Assembly (NCBI GenBank): GCA_026415035.1
Contig: JAOAHX010000003.1
Coordinates: forward strand, 80,759-144,758
Direction of reading: 5' to 3'
DNA from: Thermodesulfobacteriota bacterium
GTDB taxonomy: Bacteria > Desulfobacterota > BSN033 > UBA1163
Length of the DNA: 64,000 nt
Shown: one piece after another, positions 22,419 to 31,265 of the stretch
Layout of the letters: each line of letters starts with the position of its first letter
How positions within the stretch are numbered: position 1 is the first letter of the stretch
The notes under the pieces: model-generated
Told to the model about the DNA's origin: nothing
The model's database searches: none
The model's input: only the letters and a program-made list of their open reading frames with translations
Position numbers and translations under genes: made by a program

Positions 22419-24893
22419 TCAGGCCTCCGGAACCTCCCTTCTTCTCGGGATCCCGAGCTCCTTTTCGACCTGGAGGATCCGTTCGGTCGTCTTGATCACC
22501 GTATCGGGGTTGAGGGAGATGCTATCGATCCCGCATCGGACCAAAAATTCGGCGAACTCCGGATAGTCGCTCGGGGCCTGCCCACAGATGCCGATCTTTT
22601 TCCCATGCTTCTTCGCCTTTTCGATCATGAGCTGCACCATCCTTTTGACCGCCGGGTCCCTCTCGTCGAAGAGCCTGGCCACCTTTTCCGAATCCCGGTC
22701 CAGACCCAGGACGAGCTGGGTGAGGTCGTTCGATCCGATGGAGAAGCCGTCGAAGATCTCGCTGAATTCGTCGGCGAGGATCACGTTGCTCGGCACCTCG
22801 GCCATCATATAGATCTCCAGTTGGTTTCGCCCCTGGATGAGCCCGTATTTCCGCATTTCGGCGACCACCAGCCTCCCCTCGTCCACGGTCCTGCAGAAGG
22901 GGATCATCAGCTTTACATTGGTCAGCCCCATCTCGTCTCGGACCTTCTTCATGGCCAGACATTCGAGGCCGAACCCCTCCTGATAATCCTCGTCGTAATA
23001 CCGAGACGCCCCTCGAAAGCCGATCATGGGGTTGTCCTCCACGGGCTCGAACTGGCTGCCTCCGATGAGATTGGCATATTCGTTCGTCTTGAAATCGCTC
23101 ATCCGAACGATCACGTCCTTGGGATAGAAAGCCGCGGCGATCTTGGCCACGCCCTGAGCCAGCTTATCGATGAAGAAGGCCTTTTTGTCCTCGTATCCCA
23201 CGGTCAACTGCTCGATCTCCCGTTTGAGATGCTCATCGGTGAGGGAGTCGAAGCGGACCAAGGCCATCGGATGAATCCGGATGAAGTTGTTGATGATAAA
23301 TTCGAGCCTGGCCAGTCCGACCCCGTCATTCGGGATGAAGGAGAGATGGAAGGCATTGTCCGGATCGCCCACGTTCATCATGATCCGGGTCTGGGGCCTC
23401 TCCATCTGCTCCATGTCGAAGCGTTTTATTTCATAGTCGAGAATCCCTTCGAAGACCAGGCCCGTCTCTCCTTCGGAGCAGCAGACCGTGGCGGTCCGGT
23501 ATTCTTTGAGGACTTCGCTTCCGTTCCCCGTCCCCACCACACAGGGAATGCCAAGCTCCCGGCTGATGATGGCCGCATGGCAGGTTCGGCCCCCCCGGTC
23601 GGTGACGATCCCCGCGGCGATCTTCATGATCGGCTCCCAATCCGGGTCGGTCATCTGGGTGACCAGGATCTCGCCTTTTTTAAACTGATCGATCTCCTTC
23701 ACGTTCGTCAGCACATGGATGGGACCCGCCCCGATCTTCTCTCCCACACTGCGGCCCTGCACGAGGACCCGCCCCCTCTCCTTCAGGATATAGGTCTCCA
23801 GGACATTCCGATTTCGCTGAGATTTGACCGTCTCCGGCCGCGCCTGGAGGATGAAGAGCTCTTCCGTGAGGCCGTCCTTCGCCCATTCGATGTCCATCGG
23901 GGTGTATTGGCCTGCCTTCTTCGAATAGTGCTCCTCGATGAGGACCCCCCACCGGGCGAGTTGAATGATCTCGTCGTCTTCGAGGATGAATCTCGCCCTT
24001 TCCAGAAGGGAGACCGGGACGTTCTTCGTGGAGCCTTCCCCCTCCATCGCGTAGACCATCTTGATCTCCTTCGTCCCCAACGTCTTCTGGATGATGGGCT
24101 TGTAGGGCTTGGTCAGGCAAGGTTTGAAGACATAGAATTCGTCAGGGTTGATCACGCCCTGGACGATGTTCTCTCCCAGTCCATAGGAGCCGGTGATGTA
24201 GACCACGTGGGGAAACCCCGATTCGGTGTCCATGGTGAACATCACTCCTGAACAGGCCTTGTCCGAACGGACCATCTTCTGGACCCCGATCGAGAGGCCC
24301 ACCTGGAAGTGATCGAACCCCCGATGGGCCCGGTAGGAGATGGCCCGGTTGGTGAAAAGGGAGGCAAAACATCGTTTGCAGGCCTGAATCAGGGCGTATT
24401 CTCCCCGGATATTCAGGTAGGTCTCCTGCTGTCCGGCAAAACTGGCCGTGGGCAGGTCTTCGGCCGTGGCGCTGCTCCGGACCGCCACATCCGTGTCCTC
24501 CCCATATTCCTTGCACAACTTCCGGTAGGCCTTGACGATCTCCTCCACGATCCTTCGTGGGAATTCGAGGCTGTAGATGAGCCTGCGGACCTTGCTTCCC
24601 CTCTCGGCGAGGTTCTCCATGTCCTCCACATTGAGGTCGGAGAGGATATCCTGGATGTTTTCCCTCACCCCGGGCTTCTTCATCACATACTGCCATTCTT
24701 GAACCGTCCCCTCGGTCAGAAAGTCGTGATAGGCATGGACCGTCACGGCAAACCCATTGGGGATATTGACCCCGAGTTTGCTCAACTCCCGCCTCATCTC
24801 GCCCAGGGAGGCGTTCTTACCGCCCACCAGGGGAAGGTCCTCCATTCCGATCTCGTCGAACCAGACGACATAGGGTCGGTCTCCCATGGTCAA
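22419..24893 (-). CDS. ppsA: phosphoenolpyruvate synthase (pyruvate, water dikinase)
   Basis: 824 aa with the N-terminal ATP-grasp domain, the phosphohistidine motif GGRTCHAAIISRELGIPCVVG, and a C-terminal PEP-utilising TIM barrel. Confidence 0.95.
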   Translation of the reverse strand: MTMGDRPYVVWFDEIGMEDLPLVGGKNASLGEMRRELSKLGVNIPNGFAVTVHAYHDFLTEGTVQEWQYVMKKPGVRENIQDILSDLNVEDMENLAERGSKVRRLIYSLEFPRRIVEEIVKAYRKLCKEYGEDTDVAVRSSATAEDLPTASFAGQQETYLNIRGEYALIQACKRCFASLFTNRAISYRAHRGFDHFQVGLSIGVQKMVRSDKACSGVMFTMDTESGFPHVVYITGSYGLGENIVQGVINPDEFYVFKPCLTKPYKPIIQKTLGTKEIKMVYAMEGEGSTKNVPVSLLERARFILEDDEIIQLARWGVLIEEHYSKKAGQYTPMDIEWAKDGLTEELFILQARPETVKSQRNRNVLETYILKERGRVLVQGRSVGEKIGAGPIHVLTNVKEIDQFKKGEILVTQMTDPDWEPIMKIAAGIVTDRGGRTCHAAIISRELGIPCVVGTGNGSEVLKEYRTATVCCSEGETGLVFEGILDYEIKRFDMEQMERPQTRIMMNVGDPDNAFHLSFIPNDGVGLARLEFIINNFIRIHPMALVRFDSLTDEHLKREIEQLTVGYEDKKAFFIDKLAQGVAKIAAAFYPKDVIVRMSDFKTNEYANLIGGSQFEPVEDNPMIGFRGASRYYDEDYQEGFGLECLAMKKVRDEMGLTNVKLMIPFCRTVDEGRLVVAEMRKYGLIQGRNQLEIYMMAEVPSNVILADEFSEIFDGFSIGSNDLTQLVLGLDRDSEKVARLFDERDPAVKRMVQLMIEKAKKHGKKIGICGQAPSDYPEFAEFLVRCGIDSISLNPDTVIKTTERILQVEKELGIPRRREVPEA

Positions 24894-24993
24894 CTCCTTC
24901 CGGTCTGATGTGATTCTCTATTGATCTTATTCTCTGCTGACCAGGTGTGGCCTTCTTCATTGGCCAGCCGAGGCAGGATATGGTTCAATCTAT

Positions 24994-25476
24994 CTAACCC
25001 CCCCTCCCTTTGTCAAGATGTTTGGAGGACGCCCTTGGGTCGGCATGGAGGCCCCCTTCCGATCCTCCGGGGGAGGTCGGAAGGGAGAGAAGGTAGATCG
25101 TGACACCCAAGGCGATGGCCAGTAAAAGGACCTTGACCAGAAGCGGATGGGGGAGGACCAGGAGGGAGACGAGGACCGTCGTCCAGAGCATGCCGATGGA
25201 TAACCCCTTGGCCCTCCTCGGGATTCCCCTCCCTTCTCGGTAATCACGGATATACTTCCCAAACCACCGATGGTTCAGAAGCCAATGGTAAGTCCGGTCT
25301 GAACTCCTCGCATAACAGGCGGCTGCCAGGAGAAAGAAAGGGGTGGTGGGCAGAACAGGGATAAAAATCCCGACGATTCCGAGGCCGACGAAGAACGTAC
25401 CCAACCCCACCAAGAATGGCCTGACCCACGGAAGGCGTCGGGGCCGGTCTTGTCCGATTGGTTCCATGTCGGTCAC
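24994..25476 (-). CDS. DUF454 (YbaN-like) inner-membrane protein
   Basis: 160 aa with GIVGIFIPVLPTTPFFLLAAACYARSS...WLLNHRWFG, the typical DUF454 signature. Confidence 0.75.
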   Translation of the reverse strand: MTDMEPIGQDRPRRLPWVRPFLVGLGTFFVGLGIVGIFIPVLPTTPFFLLAAACYARSSDRTYHWLLNHRWFGKYIRDYREGRGIPRRAKGLSIGMLWTTVLVSLLVLPHPLLVKVLLLAIALGVTIYLLSLPTSPGGSEGGLHADPRASSKHLDKGRGG

Positions 25477-25572
25477 CCTTTTTAAAAAAGGCTAATCAAT
25501 TTTTTGGCAAAAGGCAACAGGAAGGGTCGGGCGGATTGAAAATATCTCGAAGAGGTCATAGAATGAGGATCG

Positions 25573-26448
25573 ATGCATCTGCCCATCGCCCTCCTCGAGC
25601 GGAAGAAGATCCAGCGAATCATCTTTTCGGTTCGGTCCTCAGAGCCCCAGAAGATCTCCCTTCTCATGGAAAAGGCCTATGAGAGAGGAGGCTGGTGTTT
25701 CCATCTCCCCACCCCCCTCCATCTCCGATCCTTCGTCGCCCTGAGGGAATCCACCGGCGACGATTTTTTGATGGGCTTCGGTCAGATCGGGGCCGAATCG
25801 GGCGTCTCGCTGACGGGGAAACCTCTCACCCACTTTGCCTCGCGGATGGTTGCCACCATCGCCAAAAGCCTGGCCCCCCCTTCTTTGGTCAGAAAGTTTC
25901 CCCTCGAAAAGAACGGCGCCGAGGTCTTAACCCCGAAGGAGGTCGACCGGATGAGGTTCGATCCCTCCCTTTTCGACCAAGCCCTCCACCCCTTTCTCAG
26001 GCAAGAGATCCCGTTTCTCCTGATCGGAGGCCCATACGGAGATTGGCTTTTGGGCTTGGGAAGGATCGATCTTTTGAGATCGATGGTCTCGGCGATTCGA
26101 GAAAAAGGGAAGACCCCGATTTACCAGGGAGAATGGGCCCCCTTTGCCCTCCCAAAGGCCAAACCCCTCGACGTGGCCGCCTTTGCGATCCCGATTCACA
26201 AGGACGAGGGGAGGCTCCCTTTCGAGGAGACCTGCAAATTGATCAAAAAGTTCGAAAGGCCTGTCCTCGGCCTCCGTCCCTTTTCCAGCCCTCCGATAGG
26301 AAGAAGGGCAGAGGGCCCCTTCAGCCTTCTCCTCAAGGAGTTGAAAGTCTATTCGCTGATGGTGGAGGTCGCTTCGGAGCGAGATCTCGATCTTCTCTTC
26401 CGTTGGGCAGAAAAGGTCCCCTCCCTCATCCCGTTCCGAAGGACATGA
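25573..26448 (+). CDS. hypothetical protein, no recognised family
   Basis: 291-aa ORF with balanced composition. The overlapping +1-frame ORF (25695-26564) is Arg/Pro/Gly-rich and judged spurious. Its 3' end overlaps the convergent 26426-26998 gene by 23 nt. Confidence 0.5.
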   Translation: MHLPIALLERKKIQRIIFSVRSSEPQKISLLMEKAYERGGWCFHLPTPLHLRSFVALRESTGDDFLMGFGQIGAESGVSLTGKPLTHFASRMVATIAKSLAPPSLVRKFPLEKNGAEVLTPKEVDRMRFDPSLFDQALHPFLRQEIPFLLIGGPYGDWLLGLGRIDLLRSMVSAIREKGKTPIYQGEWAPFALPKAKPLDVAAFAIPIHKDEGRLPFEETCKLIKKFERPVLGLRPFSSPPIGRRAEGPFSLLLKELKVYSLMVEVASERDLDLLFRWAEKVPSLIPFRRT

Positions 26449-26998
26449 TGGCACCGGCCACCAGAGGGATGGTGAGATTGTCATCGAAGGGAAGGGGAAG
26501 CATCTCGACCAGGGTCGATCCGAGGGCGGCCAGGCTCCCCGAGAGCCGGTCGAGTCCGGGATAGAGCCAGACGATCAGGAGGGAGGAGAGCAAAAAAGCA
26601 ATGCTTCCTTCCAGGGTCTTCCCCCAAAGGAAGACCCGGCCGAATCCTTTTCCCACGAAGGCGGCGGCCGTATCCGAAAGGATGAGGATCAACAGACTGG
26701 CGATGGCAACCGGTTTGGAAAAGAGGAGGATCGTCAGGAGGGAGGCAAAGAGGAAATAGGTCGAACCCATGAGCGTGAATTCCTCCTTCTCCCGCAGCAC
26801 CCTCCGCACAAAGTATCTTCGAAACAGGCCGGCCAGACCCGGATGGATCAGGCGTAGGAGATCGACGAGGAGATAGAGGAGAAAGAACGGGACGAGAACG
26901 GAGAGAACCAACTTTTCGGAGGTGAAGGCATAACCCACGGGGATGACCAGTGTCCCCAGATGGACCATCTTTCGCTTAAACTCCAGGGCGGGTACCAT
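26426..26998 (-). CDS. CdsA/dolichol-kinase-superfamily membrane protein (CTP-dependent polyprenol/diacylglycerol kinase-like)
   Basis: 190 aa, polytopic, with the SDTAAAFVGKGFGR motif characteristic of the CTP-transferase/polyprenol kinase family. Confidence 0.65.
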   Translation of the reverse strand: MVPALEFKRKMVHLGTLVIPVGYAFTSEKLVLSVLVPFFLLYLLVDLLRLIHPGLAGLFRRYFVRRVLREKEEFTLMGSTYFLFASLLTILLFSKPVAIASLLILILSDTAAAFVGKGFGRVFLWGKTLEGSIAFLLSSLLIVWLYPGLDRLSGSLAALGSTLVEMLPLPFDDNLTIPLVAGAIMSFGTG

Positions 26999-27004
26999 TT
27001 CGTA

Positions 27005-27751
27005 TCATCCTCCCGCTCGTCGCTTCCCCTCCCCAATCGCCCTCCTCAACCTCCCCAGCTCCTCGGAGGTCAGCAACCGATACTGACCGGGGGAGAGATC
27101 TCCGAGTTGGATCGGGCCGAAGGCCACCCGCTTAAGCTTCAGGACGGGGTGTCCGATCGCCAAAAACATCCTTTTGATGAGGTGATTCCTTCCTTCCGTG
27201 ACCACCGATTCGATCCAGCAGTGCTTCTCGGTCTTTCGAAGGACCCGGACGGAGAGGGCCTTTGCCGGGCCATCCTCGAGGTGGAGGCCACGCCGAAGAC
27301 GGATCAAGTCCCTCTCCTTGGGTATGCCCTCCACCTTGGCCCAATAAGTCCTCGGGATCGAAAAACGAGGGTGCGAAAGGCGGTAAAAGAGTTCTCCGTC
27401 GTTGGTCATCAAGAGAACCCCCTCGGCATCGAAATCGAGCCGGCCCAGGGGATAGACCCTCCACCTCACCCCCTTCATCAGATCCATGACCGTGGGTCTC
27501 CCCACGGGGTCTCTCACCGTGGAGAGGTAACCCTTCGGTTTGTAGAGGAGAAAGGTCACTTTGGGCTCCGGGGCAGGTAACCGCTTTCCATCGACCTTGA
27601 TATGGTCCTTGAGGGGATCGACCTTGAATCCCAATTGTTCGACGACCTTTCCGTTGACGGTGACCCTCCCTTCGAGGATCATCTGTTCGGCTTCCCGTCT
27701 CGAAGCCACTCCCGCGCGGGCGATCACCTTCTGGATCCTCTCCAATCCCAT
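27005..27751 (-). CDS. rluB: 23S rRNA pseudouridine synthase, RsuA/RluB family
   Basis: 248 aa with an S4 domain (RIQKVIARAGVASRREAEQMILEGRVTVNG) and the catalytic RLDFDAEGVLLMTNDG motif. Confidence 0.88.
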   Translation of the reverse strand: MGLERIQKVIARAGVASRREAEQMILEGRVTVNGKVVEQLGFKVDPLKDHIKVDGKRLPAPEPKVTFLLYKPKGYLSTVRDPVGRPTVMDLMKGVRWRVYPLGRLDFDAEGVLLMTNDGELFYRLSHPRFSIPRTYWAKVEGIPKERDLIRLRRGLHLEDGPAKALSVRVLRKTEKHCWIESVVTEGRNHLIKRMFLAIGHPVLKLKRVAFGPIQLGDLSPGQYRLLTSEELGRLRRAIGEGKRRAGG

Positions 27752-27759
27752 AGGACCTC

Positions 27760-28338
27760 TTAATCCTGTGCTGGAAAAGGGGGACCTCCCCCCTCCTCCA
27801 ATGGGGCCTCAGGCTCAGGGGGCGGTTCGATCTCCTTCAGGGTGGGCAGGTCCGAAAGGCTGTTGAGGCCGAAGAGTTCGAGAAAGGTCTTGGTGGTGCC
27901 GTAGAGAAGGGGCCGGCCGGGGATATCCTTCCTCCCGACAATCCGGATTAATCCTTTCTCCAACAAGGAGCGGATCACCCAGCCCGAGTCCACCCCCCGG
28001 ATCTTCTCGATCGTGGGTCGGATGATGGGTTGTCGATAGGCAATAATGGCCAGGGTCTCCAGGGCGGACTGGCTCAGTTTTACGGGCTTCGCCTTCTTCA
28101 TCCGGCTGACATACTGGGCCCACTGGGGCTTGGTCCTCAATTGATAGCCCCCTGCCACCTCGACCAACTCCAGGCCCCGATCCTCTGCCTCGCACCCCTT
28201 CTTGATCTCCATCAGGCCTTGGAGGATCGCCTCCTCGTTCCACTCCGGAAGAAGTTTGGAGAGGGTATCGAGGGCGATGGGGGAATCGGAAACGAAGAGG
28301 AAGGCTTCGAGAATCGGTCGGATATCGGTTCCGTTCAT
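27760..28338 (-). CDS. scpB: segregation and condensation protein B
   Basis: 192 aa with ILEAFLFVSDSPI... and tandem wHTH (AALETLAIIAYRQPI, IRGVDSG). It is upstream of rluB, as in many genomes. Confidence 0.9.
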   Translation of the reverse strand: MNGTDIRPILEAFLFVSDSPIALDTLSKLLPEWNEEAILQGLMEIKKGCEAEDRGLELVEVAGGYQLRTKPQWAQYVSRMKKAKPVKLSQSALETLAIIAYRQPIIRPTIEKIRGVDSGWVIRSLLEKGLIRIVGRKDIPGRPLLYGTTKTFLELFGLNSLSDLPTLKEIEPPPEPEAPLEEGGGPPFPAQD

Positions 28339-28347
28339 CTCCGGATC

Positions 28348-28578
28348 TCACCTCGGTTCATGAAGCTCGACCCTCTCGCCCGTGGTGATGGAAGAGATGG
28401 CGTGTTTATAAATCAACTCGTCCCCTTTCCCCCGGAGGATGAGGCAGAAGTTGTCGAATCCGTAGATGATTCCCTCCAGCTTCCTCCCTGTGGTCAGCTC
28501 GATGACCACCTGCGTTCGGTCCCGACGTATTTTGTTGAGAAACTGATCCTGGACATTGATCTGGTTTTTCGTCGTCAC
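28348..28578 (-). CDS. hfq: RNA chaperone Hfq
   Basis: Sm1/Sm2 core: NVQDQFLNKIRRDRTQVVIELTTGRKLEGIIYGFDNFCLILRG..LIYKHAISSI. The start was reassigned to GTG 28578 (SD GGAGGGGG), which overlaps the miaA stop as GTGA. The 131-aa track ORF is over-extended into miaA. Confidence 0.88.
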   Translation of the reverse strand: MTTKNQINVQDQFLNKIRRDRTQVVIELTTGRKLEGIIYGFDNFCLILRGKGDELIYKHAISSITTGERVELHEPR

Positions 28579-29528
28579 GGTCGTTCCCCCTCCCTCAAAA
28601 AAGCTTTCACCTCTTCGAAAATTCGCTTCCCCTCGGCAGAAGCATCCCGCCAGACCATCTCGGGATCGTGTCCGAACCAGGTCCACTGCCTCCTGGCATA
28701 GTGGCGGGTCTCCCGTTTCATCTGGTCGACGGCCTCCTCCCACGTCAGCTCTTTTAAAAGGAACTGGACCATCTGTTTATAACCCAGACCCTTCATGGGC
28801 TTCAATTCAGGCCCGTAGCCCCTCTTCAATAGCCCCTCGACCTCCTCGAGCAGTCCCAGTGCGATCATCCGGTCCACGCGCTGCTCGATCCGTCGGTAGA
28901 GTTCCTTCCGTTCCATCCATAGGCCGATCTTCAAGGTCTTATAGGGTCGGTCACCGAAACGGTGTTGCTTCCAATACCATGAGATCGGGATGCCGGTCGT
29001 CTCATAAACCTCCAGGGCCCTCACGGTTCGGATAAGGTCGTTGGGATGGATTTGAGAGGCCGCCTCCGGGTCCACGACTTGTAATCTTTGATAGAGGGTG
29101 GCCCTCCCCTTCTCCATCGCCTCCTGCCTCAACCTCTCCCTGAGAAGGGGATCGGTCTTGGGACTGGCAAAGAGCCCCTGTGTGAGGGCCCGCAAGTAGA
29201 GACCTGTTCCACCGACGACAAAGATCGGGGTCCCCTTCCTGTGGAGATCGTCGATGACCTTCCTTCCGAGCCTCCGATAGAGCTCCGCATGAAAGGGCTG
29301 ATCCGGAGTCACCAGATCGAGCAGGTGGTGGGGGATCCCCCGCCTCTCCTCCAGCGTCGGTTTGGCCGTGCCAATATCCATATACCGGTAGACCTGCATG
29401 GAATCGGCATTGAGGATCTCTCCGCCGAAGGTCTCAGCCAGCTCGATCGCCAGCTTTGACTTTCCGACTCCCGTGGGCCCGGCGAGGATGACTACCCGAG
29501 GTCTCGTTTCGACCTGATCGTCGGCCAT
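28575..29528 (-). CDS. miaA: tRNA dimethylallyltransferase
   Basis: P-loop VVILAGPTGVGKSKLA 10 aa after ATG 29528, and family-typical length (317 aa). The 55-aa N-terminal extension in the track ORF has no homology logic. Confidence 0.92.
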   Translation of the reverse strand: MADDQVETRPRVVILAGPTGVGKSKLAIELAETFGGEILNADSMQVYRYMDIGTAKPTLEERRGIPHHLLDLVTPDQPFHAELYRRLGRKVIDDLHRKGTPIFVVGGTGLYLRALTQGLFASPKTDPLLRERLRQEAMEKGRATLYQRLQVVDPEAASQIHPNDLIRTVRALEVYETTGIPISWYWKQHRFGDRPYKTLKIGLWMERKELYRRIEQRVDRMIALGLLEEVEGLLKRGYGPELKPMKGLGYKQMVQFLLKELTWEEAVDQMKRETRHYARRQWTWFGHDPEMVWRDASAEGKRIFEEVKAFLREGERP

Positions 29529-29683
29529 ACGGAGTCGATTGTAATGAATTCTACGGGCCACTGCAACCGGCCGGGGTCCTTGAAATGGGGCCTCGATTTC
29601 ATTACATTGGTGGGGGTATCTTGAACCACAATTTTTCTTGACCATGAGGGACGTCCGCGATCCATGGTCGGGAGGAGGCGACC

Positions 29684-30499
29684 ATGTCATCCCAGCCGGT
29701 GACCCCTTCGAAAAACCACCCCGAACTCAGAAGCCTCTACCAGGTCTCCCAGCTCTCTCCCACCCTGCCGCCGAAGGACTATTTCCATCGGACGATGTCC
29801 ATCCTCACCCAATTCTTTCCGGTGGGATATGCAGCCCTCATCCTCAGGGACGAGAAGAGAGGCGATCTTGAGGTGGAGGCCCTTTACGGAACGGCCATGG
29901 CGGATCATCCCCTTCAAGGGTCTGGGGGGAGGGGGATCGTTGGCGAGGTCATCGAGTCCCGGTCCCCCAGGGTCATTCAGGGGGACCTTCATGGGAGAGA
30001 GTGGGAAAATGCCGCCCCTGTTCGGGCCAGGCCTCCTTTGCTCTGTATCCCCCTTCTCGAAGGACATGGGGCGTTGGGCGCCTTCCTGATCAACCCCCTC
30101 ATGGGCAACCGGGAGGACTTCGAAGAGGATCTTCAGTTCCTCACCGTCCTTTCAGCCCTCCTCTCTTCAGCGATCAAATACCACCGGTCGAAGAGCCAGG
30201 ACGACCCTCCGGAATCAAAAAGATCGGCACCCTCCGCCCCCCTTCTCGAAGAGATCCTCAAGGAGAGGCTGACCGAATTTTTGAAAAAGGTCGATCCCTA
30301 CGTGGAATCGAAGAGCCGGAGTGGACTGCTTCGGGATGTGGTCTCCTTGGTCGAAAAAATCATGATCAAATTGGCCATGGAACGGGTCAACCATGTGCAG
30401 ACCTCCGCGGCCCTGCTCCTCGGGATCAATCGCAACACCCTGCGGGCGAAGCTGAAAGAGTTCAAGATCAAACCCCGCAAGACCGGAGGACCTCCTTAA
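29684..30499 (+). CDS. GAF-domain / Fis-type HTH regulator lacking the AAA+ sigma-54 module
   Basis: 271 aa with an N-terminal GAF-like region and a C-terminal HTH_8 (NHVQTSAALLLGINRNTLRAKLKEFKI). No Walker A or GAFTGA is present between them. Confidence 0.7.
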   Translation: MSSQPVTPSKNHPELRSLYQVSQLSPTLPPKDYFHRTMSILTQFFPVGYAALILRDEKRGDLEVEALYGTAMADHPLQGSGGRGIVGEVIESRSPRVIQGDLHGREWENAAPVRARPPLLCIPLLEGHGALGAFLINPLMGNREDFEEDLQFLTVLSALLSSAIKYHRSKSQDDPPESKRSAPSAPLLEEILKERLTEFLKKVDPYVESKSRSGLLRDVVSLVEKIMIKLAMERVNHVQTSAALLLGINRNTLRAKLKEFKIKPRKTGGPP

Positions 30500-30518
30500 A
30501 GAAGCCTCCGGTCTTCCC

Positions 30519-31265
30519 TTGAAATCGGTCGGACAAAAGGTCAAAATTTTTTCGATGGACGATCCCCAAAAGAATCGCGAGGAACTCGAGGGTCTTTCCA
30601 GGCGGTGGGGGGGATCGATCTTCGGCGTGGCGCCTTCGGCCCGTTTGACCCGGCAGAAGGCCCTGCTCCCGCCGGAGGTCTTTGACCGCTTACCCTTCGC
30701 CATCTCCATCGGTTATCATCTTTCGGATGCCGTTCTCGAAGGGATCGAAGAGGGCCCCACGCCCCACTATTTTCACCATTATCAGAGGGTCAACATCCTC
30801 CTCGATACGATCGCCCTCCAGATCAGCAGCGCCATCCAGGAGAAAGAGTTCCAGGCCATGCCCATAGCCGCTTCGCAGATCATCGACTGGAAAGGTCAGA
30901 GGGGCCACCTCTCTCACAAAGAGGTCGCTTGGGCCGCTGGTCTGGGCTGGATCGGAAGAAATAACCTTCTCGTCCACGAGAGGTTCGGTTCGAGAATCCG
31001 TCTCGTCACCATCCTGACAGACCTCCCCCTCCGATCCGATCCGCCTCTGGCCCGGGACTGCGGGCCCTGCCGTGCCTGCCTCAGGGTCTGCCCGGCCGGG
31101 GCGATCCGGGAGCGGCCCGAGGACTTCGACCACCTCGGGTGTTATGAACAGTTAAAACTCTTTTCCAAGACCCTCCACCTCAGCCAGCACATCTGCGGCC
31201 TCTGCGTGAAAGCCTGCCGAGGGAAGAGGCCCTCCCGATCCCAGGGGTTCGCCCCCTTACCGTAA
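30519..31265 (+). CDS. short QueG-like (epoxyqueuosine reductase-related) Fe-S protein
   Basis: 248 aa. [39 protein letters not shown]...[16 protein letters not shown] matches the QueG core. It is about 130 aa shorter than canonical QueG. Confidence 0.65.
   Translation: MKSVGQKVKIFSMDDPQKNREELEGLSRRWGGSIFGVAPSARLTRQKALLPPEVFDRLPFAISIGYHLSDAVLEGIEEGPTPHYFHHYQRVNILLDTIALQISSAIQEKEFQAMPIAASQIIDWKGQRGHLSHKEVAWAAGLGWIGRNNLLVHERFGSRIRLVTILTDLPLRSDPPLARDCGPCRACLRVCPAGAIRERPEDFDHLGCYEQLKLFSKTLHLSQHICGLCVKACRGKRPSRSQGFAPLP

Noticed and set aside
22605-24251. 548-aa plus-strand ORF antisense to ppsA.
   Set aside because: It lies within the unambiguous PEP synthase gene. It has a skewed low-complexity composition (Asp/His/Leu/Pro/Gly/Arg-rich) and no start context.
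25695-26564. 289-aa ORF in an alternative frame to the 291-aa hypothetical. I considered a possible frameshifted pseudogene.
   Set aside because: Its composition is extremely Arg/Pro/Gly/Ser-rich, whereas the 25573 frame has normal composition throughout. There is no evidence of a frame switch.
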